Source: Azolla caroliniana (Eukaryota > Plantae > Polypodiophyta). From it: DNA of 64,000 bases. Where the stretch lies: NCBI GenBank assembly GCA_043228905.1, contig JBHGNT010000009.1:2108001-2172000 (forward strand). The letters are read 5' to 3'. Positions 40,901-53,600 of this stretch are shown here, one piece after another. The position numbers and the translations under genes were made by a program. Every line of letters begins with the position of its first letter. The first letter of the stretch is position 1. The notes under the pieces are model-generated. The model ran no database searches and was not told the DNA's origin. It saw only the letters and a program-made list of their open reading frames with translations.

Positions 40901-42500
40901 TGTAATTGTCCGGCAAGTGTTCATGCTGAACAAATAACAACAAAAACTAGTCTCATGTGATCTGTTTATTTAAGCTATTACAAATCCCTCTACCCATGGA
41001 GCTATACAATTTTAAAAAGGCAATGGGGATGAAACTTACATTCAAGTTTCCCAATTCTGCAAGAGAGTCTGTGTATGATTTTGACAATGGCTTCAACTCA
41101 TCATGCTGGAATCAGAAAGAAAAAGAAAACGAAAACTGGGGGATAAAAATCGCGACGCTTTCAAAGTGATTTCAGGAAACAAATTATAAAAAGAACAGGA
41201 CGTGAAACAGAAAAGCTGATGACCCTAACCATGATTTCAGGAAAAAAGAGAGAAGATAACATAAACCCTGACTACTTTATGCGATCATTTCAAATACTTT
41301 AAACATTAATTCCGAGTATGTACAGGGATAGGCATAATATGTGACCACCTGACGCACAAAAATAATGTCATACACATTAAAACAGGCATGGATACATACT
41401 CACAGGGTATGAAAACTGCAGATAACTATCATAAGCAGTATATAAACAGAAAATTTGATAATGTTTCATATCATTAAAATAGATAGCGGAGTGATAGACA
41501 TCACATCTGACCACTTTTATATGAAAAAAATAGAGGACCACACGCAGAGAATGCAAACTGCATATCATTAATTTATTGTAGTCATGATATGACCATCAAA
41601 TCTGAAAACTTTTCACATAAGTTCAGTAACAATGGATAACGAGATACAAATCTGATCACCTTCATAGGAAAATTAATATATACTCACAGGGAATGCGAAT
41701 TGCATGTAATTATTGTACGCATGATAAAACCTGCACAACATGACTAAATTCATGAGGCATTGTACGTTATATAATTAGAAACTTCATATAAGATAAAGAT
41801 TGATACAAAAGTCAAAAACTCACCTTTGCTTGATATAGCAAATATAGAACAGTACATTTGAAGAAAAGAAAAACTCAAATTGCTTGATTTAATTTATATA
41901 AGGGAAACAACTTACATTGAAACTACCAAAACTTTCACATTTTCTTGATAGAAAATATGATGATAAAGAATTAGATGGAAAAAATCTCACGATTTCTAAC
42001 AATGCAGACGATTCATTGAGATGATGAGACAATACTGACATTTTCTTGATAGAAATACATGAAACAATAAATACACATATGAAGGGAAACGAATTCCAAC
42101 TTGCTTCAGGGAAAATATAAAAGAGTAACTATTCAAAAGAAAAACATATTTGATCAGAAGAAATAAAAAATACAAGAGTATATGATGAGTTAAGTGGAGA
42201 AAAAATCAATTTTCCTTTATAATATAAAGGAGTTCCGATTTTAAGGAGCAAAACACTCATGTGTAAGCGTGAAGAATTTTATACAGAAAAATAAAAATAA
42301 ATTTGAACTGCTTATAACAGTAGGTAACCATTTACATGACAAGTTTAAACTCACATGTCGCGGACATTCTCTTTCAGAACAGATCGATCTCGGGCAGAAA
42401 CGGGTATAATGAGCATCGGAAGACACGAGAACCCTAAAAAAAGGAGGTGGAGGAGGAGAAGAACAGAGCTCGAATGTTTTCTGTTTGGTTGTCCTTCCAT
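31964..42500 (-). CDS. MNS5: Glycoside hydrolase family 47 alpha-1,2-mannosidase, EDEM-like MNS5 (~584 aa, 15 exons)
   Basis: Exons (minus): 42500-42355, 41730-41688, 41105-41040, 40925-40864, 40517-40418, 40285-40103, 39622-39574, 39486-39307, 39011-38891, 38797-38716, 38585-38500, 38425-38325, 38089-37948, 37166-37019, 32209-31964. All GT-AG, total 1755 nt, in frame. Motifs MFYHAYNNYM..PHDELKPL, LFECNIR, GVDSFYEY, LRPELAES, FSTEGHP and the MNS5-type Cys-rich tail ESACHVLD..CGIDASSCKRRTCSFSGYCGLW. In-frame upstream ATGs extend to 42602. Confidence 0.93.
33607..34258 (+). mobile_element. Solo LTR (copia-like) in the last MNS5 intron
   Basis: TGTT...CACA termini, TATAAATA boxes at ~33873 and ~33900, (GTGAGA)n(GT)n tract and the copia U5-like motif ggtttttccccattcagggttcccacgttaaaatctcgtgttc. 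TSD imperfect (GGCAT/AGCAT), so the ends are approximate. Confidence 0.6.
36740..36865. repeat. Short dispersed repeat (other copies at ~28050-28090, ~38174-38250 and ~52700-52830)
   Basis: The reverse complement of 36745-36860 aligns closely to ~52700-52825 (gaggccaaaatggcctata..accaaac.agagattacatcttaa..gtctc.tctttgaga). Partial copies lie in FAX and MNS5 introns. Confidence 0.7.
41404..41446 (-). other. Tandem duplicate of MNS5 exon 2 (alternative exon or pseudo-exon)
   Basis: 43 nt encoding LYTAYDSYLQFSYP, versus FYHAYNNYMQFAFP in 41688-41730. Same length, same phase and the same CCT|GTGAGTA donor; the acceptor position reads TG rather than AG. Confidence 0.7.
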
Positions 42501-42755
42501 GGTTCTTCTCCATCGATCGTTGGTCATTGAATCGCCCAAACCAGATGACAGAAGAAAAAGCAAATCAAGCTTGTTTCTAGATCCAAAGACCATCATCAGC
42601 ATACATTATTGAGGAGGAGGAGGAGGAGGAGGAGGAGGGCAGAGAATGTCTGAAATTACCATAGCCACAATCGATGAGGAGAAGAATGAATTAAAACACC
42701 ATGGCCACAATTGATGAGGAGGAGAATTTTATCAAAACACCATGGCCACAACGTT

Positions 42756-43135
42756 AAATAGGTCATTGGTTCGAATCTGCCACTTCCACATATCTGCGTT
42801 TCGCCAATGAACCTATTTATGTACACCAAACCAACGTAAATAGGTTCATTCGTTCGAATCATCACTTCCACGTATCCGTGTATCGCCATCTTGTGTGTGT
42901 AGAATTGAATTAACAATTGCATGATCTCCAGAAGATCAAATCAACATAAATAGGTCATTGGTTCAAATTGTAACTTCCACGTATCTTAGTTCCGCTATCT
43001 TGTGTGTGTGGAATTGACTTAACAACTATGTGATCTCCTTACATCAAATCAACATAAATAGGTCATTGGTTCAAGTCATCACGTCCACTTAACTTTATTT
43101 TTGCCATCTTGTGTGTGTGGAATTGAATTCACAAC
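42756..43135. repeat. Tandem ~80-110-bp repeats (4 copies) upstream of MNS5
   Basis: aaataggt(t)catt(g/c)gttc(g/a)a...cca unit at ~42756, 42838, 42948 and 43057; the last three share gc(c/t)atcttgtgtgtgt..aattga. Confidence 0.75.
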
Positions 43136-44099
43136 CACATAACCATCTTAACTATCAACCCCATCCACTCACTCTCTTTCTCTCCTACTTTGCTTAAGAC
43201 TCTACATTGTAGCATCAAAGTCGTACAATTGAAAGGACCCAATACTAGTTTCATTTGGCTTGCTTGCTCATTACTAATTGCATATTTTTCGTTGTATCGA
43301 CAAAGTCATATAATATAATTAAGTGAACCTAAGCTCGATCATGGGCTTCGTCTCGACCCACAAATTGTATATGATCTCTTGTGAACATTAATAATATATG
43401 GACCTGCTTATTTCTCTCTACTCAGTGTTTTTTGCATCATTTTGGCTTTTTGAATATGCAATTGTATCATTTCATCTCTTTGTCTGTCTCTCAAAGTAGT
43501 CTGTAAATTAGAAATAGCTAATATGTGATGGTGATGAAAGCATTGGAAGTTGCTAAGAGATTATTTAATATAAAGGTAACACCTTTGAAGACAACATGCT
43601 CAAAAAACTCAATTGTAATAACTATCTAATCCATGTTTATTTCAACCTACGTACTCCTGGTTATACTCCATGGAGACAATAAAACAATCCCCCATTTATT
43701 ATATTCTGATTGTACCATTCAAGTATTGTAGTTCTTTCAAATTTATCCCAAGTGGGAAGCATATAAATCATGTTACCACTTTTGATCTCACTCCACTTAG
43801 AGCCTCATAGTTCTCTGATTCTCCATTATATGTTTGTGAAGTACATAAATACGATACCTAGACACAACATTAACTTTTGATTGGTGGAGTCAAAGACAAT
43901 ACTATACCTAGAGGCTAGAACTATAATTTTGTTGTAGGTCCCTTGTCTACAAATGTGTGCCATTGCCATTGATGATCAAACTAGTCATTTCTTAGGATTG
44001 TAGTGTATATAAGTGAAATATGTCATGAGTCATGACCCTTAGAAACAATAAATACCTTATGCTTTTGTCTCACTATCTCAGAAGGACCAATAAAAGAAA

Positions 44100-44412
44100 G
44101 GGAAAAGTACCAGGATACCCCTGGAAGTTTGTCTATTTACCAGAATGCCCCTGGAAGTTCCAAATTTACCAAACTACCCCTATGTCCAAAAAATTACACT
44201 TTATAAAGTAATTATACACTCAAAAATTTGGTAAATATGGCTAGTTCGGGTCCATTTCTTCCATCATTGGTAAATAGGGCTTGTAGATTTGAGTGTATAA
44301 TTACTTTATAAAGTGTAATTATTTGGACATAGGGGTAGTTTGGTAAATTTGGAACTTCCAGGGGCATTCTGGTAAATAGACGAACTTCTAGGGGTATCCT
44401 GATACTTTTCCC
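44100..44412. mobile_element. Mutator-like MITE (MULE) with long TIRs
   Basis: ~125-bp near-perfect TIRs (gggaaaagtaccaggatacccct... / ...aggggtatcctgatacttttccc) and an exact 9-bp TSD TAAAAGAAA at 44091-44099 and 44413-44421. Confidence 0.92.
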
Positions 44413-46639
44413 TAAAAGAAAAGGCACCAAAGTACAGACCCTACAAATAGTTTTCTCGCAATAAAGAGTTTGTTCCCTTATTAAATTCCATGGGTTTTCA
44501 CGGATATGATGTTAGAGGAATACCTTGTGTCAATACAATATCGTGCTCGACGAATGAAGATATGAAGCAGTGGCTTGTTCCTTAAGACATTGGGCCACAC
44601 AATAATTTTATTGGACTTATGCACTATTAAATAGAATCATTGTTTTTATTGTAACAAAAGACTACAAAGAGAGAGATGAATAGAACATGTAAACTCTTTA
44701 AGCTATGTCTAGCTTAATATATAAACATGTTGTTTGGAGAGAGATTGAAAGGGGGGATGTAACTTTGAAGAGTTTCATGAAAATCGAGGGGAACTTTTAT
44801 TTAGAGTAAAACTGTTTAATCACTTTGATTCTATTTTTAAATGTACTAACTTTTAGGCGCAACAAAATCTCAACATAGTGTACACACGATGACTACTATA
44901 GTTATTCTACAAAAAATAGCATATAGCTCAAAGGTGGGCACCTTCCATCACCATAGAATCTCTATTTTTTTTAATTTCATGGTTGGAATTATATATAAAA
45001 TGGAAGAACTTCAATGTAAATGCAAAAATGTTCGCTTATAATCTTACATATCCTAGGATTTTCTCATAATCTCTTATTACCTCATCCAAGCAAGGGTAAC
45101 TAAGTCAAAAATAATATAATTTTGCCATTGTAAAATTATCACTATTGATCATGAGTTGTTACTTATAGTAACATTCATTGAACAATGTCTTGTTGAATTT
45201 CTCGTCTCTCATATCAACTTCATAGCATACAAGAATGTGAATGAATGATGTGATTAAAAAATATGATGCCCGATCGTGCATAATTTCTAAAGACATAAAA
45301 TATCTATACCACTTCTCATGATTGGGGGTCACTTTGTATGGTCTTTTCCCATAAAATATTTTAGCGTTTGAAACATGACATGTTAGGGTAAAAGCTCAAT
45401 CATAAAAACTCGTAGTTAAAAACTTGTAATTATTGTTCAACCGGCACATTTCCTAATTGTTGCTAATTATACCTCATAATGCCACATATATACATACTTG
45501 TTAAGGTATAATTATGTGCTTTCTTAGCGTTTTCACATGATTCGGACCTCAAATTGAAAGGAGCACAAGCTTGTATGCATGTATATGTATTGTATAAATC
45601 TGAAAATGGTACAATAATCTGAATATGTTATTGATATTTTTTTTAGAAAGGTAAAACAATATGCAAACTTATTTTCAAAGTTACTACATATCTAGTCATC
45701 ACTATAGAATATCATTTGTATTTGTTTATCATTATATAAATATTTTGTGGTGGTTTGCTTTCATGCTTAGGTAAAAATAGATCATCATATTGATTAACGG
45801 TTGCTCTATGATAAATACAAATCGAGTTATTTATGAGTTTAGAAAAATTATAAGCATATTCCACACCAATTACACAAAAAAAATCCCATACCATTTGCAT
45901 TAATCACATGAAAATCTCATTGAAGTAATAAATGCTATATTAATTGCCTTCCATTTTAAAAGGGAAAAGGTAATTAAAGATTAACCATCTCATTTTAGAC
46001 TCTTTATGAAGCTAAATAACTTTGCTGTTTTTTATTCCGCAATCTCTAATTATGACGTGAACGATAATTGAAAGTTGTGTTGAATTGTTCCACTTGTTTT
46101 AAAACTAGATCTAAAAATGTTGCATTTGATAGCTCATATTAGCATCCTCCCACAAGATTGTGATTGAAAATGATTGTACACACACTCGAGGGAAAAAGAA
46201 AAGAAAAAGAAAAAACGAGGAAATTTACAGAAACACGCCTTCCCAGTTTCCACGTAATTCCAAAATGTAACTCCCATAATACCATTCCATCTCTCTAGTT
46301 CACAACACTTATACAATCCTTATCAATCTCCAACTCTTGCTTTACCTTTTCAGTGCATTTTTTATGTAATTTAGATGATAATTTTATTAGCTCCTTGTTG
46401 AGAGGACAGTAAAGTGGCATGTGAGATCCAAAAGAGTGTGGTAAGGGAGTCTTGTTTTGTTGCTACAAAGTGTAAACCAATCAATGCTAATGCAATTTTC
46501 ATAAGGTCACTTCAACGCTCGATCAAATTATGTAAATAAATATATATGTATGAATGCTTAATAAGTTGGAATAGGCAAGGGGGGGGGGAGTACAGAAAAA
46601 GGAAAATTTACACTCTACCTCCACCCATATACGAACACT

Positions 46640-47020
46640 TAGCTAGTGGTCTTCAAGGGACAATATAGGCTAAATTATTATTGTAAAAGACTGGCTGACG
46701 CGATAATAATCTATCATGTTGTTCTTTGGTTCGAAAAATGACCTCAGAAAACCAGTGTGGACATTTAAACACAACTTCCACACTATTCCCACCTACCATT
46801 GCATTAAGGCATTGCACCTGCCACCACCCAATTTACCAAAGGATTTTCCCCTGTAAAAGAAGCAAATACTGTTTCTCTCATGAAACATGGAAAACGCCTT
46901 AAAAATTTCCCTACGTGGCATCTCCATCTGTACATTCTCATCCTCTTCTACATTCACCATCATATATGTATTGTCCAATAAAATTTCATGAAGTGCTTCA
47001 TTAGCAACCACATGCATTAT
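46640..47020 (-). mobile_element. Degenerate LINE ORF1 (DUF4283-like) fragment
   Basis: Minus-strand translation across a frameshift: ...HERNSICFFYRGK...VEVVFKCPHWFSEVIFRTKEQHDRLLSRQPVFYNNNLAYIVP*RP. Resembles the plant L1 ORF1 DUF4283 pattern (F.V.F...E..DR.L...P.F.N......PW.P). Confidence 0.5.
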
Positions 47021-47356
47021 TACTTCCTAGTATTGATAAGTCCTCTCCTCCTCACCATCTCCAATAACATATGCGTACGATGGTTTTGACATCATATCTA
47101 TATCCATCTCATGCGTATTATTAATGCCAATCTTTTCCTTCCTCAAAATAACATCATCTTGTTTTAGAACTAGACATAGCTTTATGAAAGAGAGAGAGAG
47201 AGAGAGTATAGAATGACTAAGCAAGGTATTTGAAAAGATTGGGGGGGGGGGGGGGTCATCTTAATAGAAATTTCAAGACAAAATGGCCACTTTAGTTGAA
47301 GTTTCGTGCTAGAAAATAATCAAACAAACAAAAGAAAACAACCATATATCAATTAA

Positions 47357-47392
47357 AATAAATAAATAAATAAATAAATAAATAAAAGCAAA

Positions 47393-47435
<43 letters not shown>

Positions 47436-47444
47436 AAGCAAATA
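47357..47444. repeat. (AAAT)n microsatellite
   Basis: Two runs of AAAT units, each ending in AAAAGCA, ~250 bp upstream of the CAMTA ATG. Confidence 0.9.
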
Positions 47445-47698
47445 ATGTAAATATATGTATAGGCTACATACATATTGCTTTCCATGGAGGATTAAAAGAA
47501 GGTAAAAAGGAAGGAAAAAAGAGAAAAGAGAGCAGGAGGAGAAAAGAGAAGGAAAGAAAGAACAGAGTCCAATGACTGCTTTTAAGCCTGCCTGTATATT
47601 TATATATTTGTGTGTGCGCTCGCTGCTATTTCCAAAGACTTTTCATCCAAACCTAGCTCTCAGTCTTCCTGCTCCAATTCATCTGCATCTTCCTCTCA

Positions 47699-50600
47699 AT
47701 GAATTGCCTCAGAGATTCTTCTTCTTCTACAGGTAATGTTATGCCTCGTACATGAGCACATGAATGAATTGAGAGTGAGAGAGTGAGAGAGTGAGAGAGC
47801 GAGAGAGCGAGAGAGAGAATGAGAATTAAGGTTTTTACCGCTGTTCATTTTAGCGATATCGAAAGGGGTTAGACATTGAAAAAGTTTAGAACTTGGAATT
47901 GTAAAAAATGACATATCAATTTTTTTCTGTGTAAGGTTAAGCTGTTCTCTTTCTCTCTCCCACTCCCTCTCTCCCTTTTCTCCGTAATTCAAAAACTTGA
48001 ATGAATTTCTCATAGACACTGTAATAAATTACAGTGAATTTTGTGATTATATCCCTGCCTTCTCTGTAATACCGTGCTTGTCGTGTTTACAGATGTTTTT
48101 TTGTATTATATTATATTATTATCTATTTATTTTTAGATTTATTGGGTTTCTCACAGTGTTTGAAATAATAACATAATTCAGGTGTAGATTTTCAGAAAAT
48201 CTGGCAAGCCGCACGAACACGTTGGCTACGGCCAATTGAGATTTATGATATTCTAATGAACAGTGATGCATTCCCAATTAATAAAGAACCATTGAACCTG
48301 CCCCCAAGTAAGTTTTTTCATTTCCAAGTTATGGCTTAATATGTAAATTCAGAGCCCATCGATGAAATTCTCCATTTTCTAGTTCCGATTTGACTATGTG
48401 CAATGCACAAACTCTAGCCTAATATGTCAATTTGGTGATAGTTTTAGGATAAATTCGGAACTCTTTGAAGAAAAATTTCCTATTGTAGGCCTGTTTGGTT
48501 TTGTTAAATGCCCAGATTCTAACCAAGTATATAATTTGTCAATGAAGTGCTAGTTTTCATAGACCATTTTGGACTTCCTGAATGAAAATCTCATTTTTTT
48601 GTCTCTTTGGCTTTTTGAATGTCTAAATTCTGGTTTTTATGCGAATTGTCATTTCAATGATAGTCTTAAGGGCCACACAGAGCTTATTGATGAAAATATC
48701 CCTTTTTTGATGCCTGTTGGTATTGTAAATGCTCTAATCTAAATTTGCATTTAATTTTCAGAGTCTGTTCAGGATTAGAAGCTTGTAAGTTTGTTTATTA
48801 TGTTGATTCTCAGAATTCTAGCCAAATGTGTAAATTCTTGTTTGAATGATCGTTTTCAGACGCCATTCAGAGCTTTTTGATGAACATATCCCTTTTCCAG
48901 ATCTTTAAAATTTAATTGAACGATAATTTCCAGAGACATTTCAAGCTCATTGAGGAAATTCTCCGTTGTTTAGGTATCTCTGGTTATGTTGAGCGCCCAA
49001 AGTGTCAATTTTATGACAGTAATATATATCTCCCCATTTTAGAGTTCACTTTAGGTACGTTGAATACTAGTTCCTAAGAATTTTCACATTGACTTTGAAG
49101 GTGGCACATTGGTGCTTTTCAATCGGAAGTTGTTGCGTAACTTTCGGAGAGATGGCCATCCATGGCGTAAGAAGAAGGACAACAGAACTGTGAAAGAGGC
49201 TCATGAACATCTGAAGGTGATGTTTTAAAGGTGTCTGTAGGCATTTGATAATATGTGTGGGTGAGGTTAAATATACATCACACTCCAACGCCAAAGATTA
49301 GCTTGAAAATGTTTATGAAAAGAGATGCATAGCACAATCTCCCATTAACTAGTGATTAGGTGGTCTGTTTCTTTTATACAATAAGACATGTGAAAATATA
49401 ACAAAAACACCGCAAAAGAAGTGTTCTGCTCACATGTGAACCGGCTTTTTTATTTATTTTGTGATTTCCCGTTATTACTGATGGGAAACCATGAAACCCA
49501 CAAAGAATGATTACAAAGAAATGACGAACATGTTCACCATATATGTTTTAAGAATAGAGTTGGTGTTTTCTGAGATATAGCAATCATGCGAAAATTTACT
49601 TAGTGAAAACACGAATATCTGATACTGATTGGAAATAGGGTAGAATCAACTTGGGCAAGTCATACATTCTATTGTTGGAGTCATTTATGATTCATATCAT
49701 GAATGAATACAGAGAAATAGAGAGTCAAAACCTTTAGTGCGAGGCAATTTCTTTTGACATGTAGGTTTTTTTTTCCAACGATTAATGAAATGACTCCCAT
49801 CGAAATTGATCAGGTTGGCAGTGAGGAAAAGATTCATGTTTACTATGCTCATGGTGAGGAAGGTCTATCAAACTTACAACGTAGGGCCTATTGGCTACTT
49901 GACAAGTTAGTGTGACGCTCTTCAGCATGCTTTTTTTATTATGGTTCTGTAAGGCAATACAAATCTGATGAGAAGTTTGGTCTTTGTAGGACACTTGAAC
50001 ATATTGTTCTCGTCCATTACTTGGAAGTTAAAGAGGTATATGTTCTGAAAGTTTTTAACTTACACACACATATCTGAATGTTTACTTGAAGTACTCATTG
50101 TCTGCCAGGTGATTCTTGTGTGTAGGGTTTGAAGAACAACACTCAACCTAATTTTCTACCAAATATACAAAATGAATTACAAATACCACACTATCCTTCA
50201 TCGAGTCCTCTCACTACAGATTTCAATTCTTCTCTGAGTTCTGCAACCCCAGATAGAAGAGCGCCATTGGATTTTAGTGATTTCAATTCATATGAAAATG
50301 ATGACTTTGATGATAAATTTTTCTTCGATGATTTCCAATCTACTGAAAAGATTGTTCCAGAACAAGAAGAATGGCATTCAGGAGGTTTGGCAACCGATAA
50401 TAAAATACAGTTGAATGATGATAGGTTATTCATCTCACAACAAGTATCCTCGCAATTTCAAGATCCTGTTGAAATTCAGGTATTTTAAAGTCTTGATCTG
50501 CCCTCAAAAAAGGAATTGCCTTATATAAAACAATACACAGGTTATTCAAAGCTTATATTATTTGAATCTTACAAATAAATTATATCTCATTCTAACATTA

Positions 50601-53600
50601 AAGTTTGCAGTATATGTTATGGTTCATGGGCATTCATGCCATTGAGGACAACATTTATATTAACATCATCCAAAGGCAAATGCTTGTTGATTTCAGGCAC
50701 AAAATGGATAAATCGAATGTCCATTAGATTCTAGCTCTTTAAAAGGGAACTAAACAAAAATGCAAAATCATTTGTAAATTCATGGGGAATCAGCTGGTCA
50801 GTCTGCAAAATTCCTTGGTGATTGCTACACCTCCTCAATAAAGTGGCTCTTTATCTTCATGCCTTTCATTGACCAATGCCTTCTTCCTGATCTTTAACGG
50901 GAGCGACGTCATCTGCCATTGAAACCAATGTTTTTCAATGACTTTGTTTGTTTCATGACCTCAATCTTATCTTTCACATCTATGTAATGCATGATGACAT
51001 TTGATTTCGATAAAAGTTGGTTCATCTATGCGTTTGGAGTAGGAATGAGCTCCTGTGATGTCTGATGCCAATAAAGAGGAGTTACTGAAAATGTTTAACT
51101 AAGGGGCTTGCAGAGAATATGCCACAACATCCTCCATGTGTCAGGGACATTCAGTGTTGTTCCACAGTTAGGTGGAGTGGTGGCAGAGAATGTTGATGCT
51201 ACTGTGATGTTGTTGTGCTACTGATATGAGTTCTGAGAACGAGTGACAACAATCAGCTGTGAAAATAGTCTAGAACAGCTCATAAGCAGCATTTCTGAGG
51301 TGACTAGCCTTGCAATCCTCTTCCTGATATGATAATCATTCCTATTCTGCCTGTCTACCTTTTTCTCTATATTTGTCCTTTCCATGACCTTACACCTCCA
51401 AAACTGTGCAAACATGGTATCAGAGAGCATCAAGCTAGCTCTGTGGGGATAGAAGAAAGTGATAATGTAATAGAGTGGAGACAAAAAGTCATGTCATCCG
51501 GAAATGAAAGTAGGATAGATCAATATCATGCTAAGGAATGCCAAGAGGACTAGCTGACCAATTATCTTCGTGTGTGTGTCAATGGAAGAGGTGAAATGGT
51601 GATACTTTGTGTACTTCGGTAATGAGCAGTTCTTATATATATTAAATAAGGGGGGAAACCGGTATAGAGGTGCACTGCCACTATTTAACATTTTATTGGA
51701 GATTATCTTTAGCAAATCTCATGGAATAATGAAGAATGCCAGTGGACAGGTAATTGGAAAGGAAAGGAAAACTTCTGAACTTTTTGGTACTGCTAGCAAA
51801 ATCAGGTGGGTTGGGTCAATCTAAGACATCTGGATTTGGGTCTTGTGCTATCTACTTGTGAAATTGATCAGATGACTATTAAGGCAGAAAATTGGCTCAT
51901 CTGGTTGGAACTAAGTCAGTGGAGGCCATGCCATATATCTAAATAGTGGCATTTCAGGATGTCTCAATTTTGTACAAATGGGTACACATTTCTTGATATG
52001 AGAATGGAGAAATTCTCTTTCTCCAATTTCTCACATGGAGAGGCACATGTACCTTGAGAGAGCACCAAGCATGACAGCTTGAGACTTGGGTGCACAGGCT
52101 ACAAATATCGTTGACTGCCTTTTTGGATTGGCCTGAGTAAATATATCACGTTGAAACCAACAACCTCCAACTACGATGCACACTTTTCTTCTTTTATACT
52201 CTCTTTATGTGTTTAAGCACAACTTGGAGCATCAATTTCTTGACCAGTCGGGTTTTGCTGATTATGCCCACCACCTCAGACACATTTCCTTTTTATCTTT
52301 TCACTTGGTTTTTAGTTTTGATTCATATCTTGGGATTGTAACTTTCATTTATTGATGTCAAGAACAGACACATTGTACATCGACTTTGTTTGAGAGGCAA
52401 ACTTTTTCATTTGAGTGACTTTTTGTGTCCAGTTGATGTCTGTTTGTATGAGATGCCCTTGTGCTATCCTTATGTTAGCTTGATGCTTTCTTAATGAGCT
52501 GAGTCAATTCAATACCTTTTTCCAATCTGTCCAATACCTCTCCATAGAAGTTCACCCTTTCCGACAATTGATGCTGATGTACTTTCTTTTCTGTAACCTT
52601 GTTGGTAGGGTATCCCACTAATGGGTGCTTGTTTGAGAATGTGTAAAGAACTAGAGGATACAGTATGCAGCGGAATAGATTAAGAAAGATGCATGTGTGT
52701 GTTGGAGAGAGAGAAAGAAAGAAAGAAATATTAACGTCTTTTAAAAGGCCAAAATGGCCTATAAGACCAAACAAGAGATTACATCTTAAGTATTGTCTCG
52801 TCTTTGAGAACAACAAATCAAAATAGAATAAGTATTACTCAGTAAATATAAAAGTAAATAAAATAAAAATAGACGAGGGAATCTGGTTTTTGGCTCATGT
52901 GAGATTCTCAAGTTATATTGTAACTTTTGTCTTCGAAAGATCTTTAGCATAGGTCGATCCAGAATGAAGAGGTCTCCAAAGTGAGGGAAGCACCTACGAT
53001 GGTGGGAGATAATGCCTGTATCTGTCGATGACAAGGGTTTATATATGACATATATAGCAGTACACATTGAAGTTGGATCAATCTAGGATTTATTTATTTT
53101 TTGAATTTTTATCGTCAATAAAGAGGCCAATTTTGATCTATGGGACCAGAGTATACATGTGTTCTCGATATGTGTCTCCTTCCTAAGAAGGGGTATTCAT
53201 ACATTGAAGCACAAAGCCTCTATGTGTGAATAAAGCATACATATATGAGCTCAACCTTCTTGGTGGTGTCTTAAGTATGGCACTTAAGTTATCACTCCCT
53301 CTTAGTATGTTAGCATATCTTGAACGAATTGCACTATATCCTAAATGGTATAAAGGCATTCCCATTGACATGTGCTCACATGTTTACCATCCTCGGGTGG
53401 AGGAAGTGTGGTTGATTACGCATTAATGTTGGCATGAGATCTATAATTGGTGAATGTGTTTAAAGTTGGTTCTCTATCTCTGAACTCAGACCACAAGCCA
53501 TTGTACTTAGAGCTTGCAATTCCACATTTCACCAATAGATGCCATGGAGTGAGAAGAAAAGAGATGTATCATCCGACCTTGCTACGAAAAAGCTAAGATG

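Noticed and set aside
41324-41348. Possible third micro-exon (cag|g tgg tca cat att atg cct atc cct|gtacat) in MNS5 intron 2
   Set aside because: Same phase and a CCT end, but the donor is weak and there is no real peptide similarity; likely chance.
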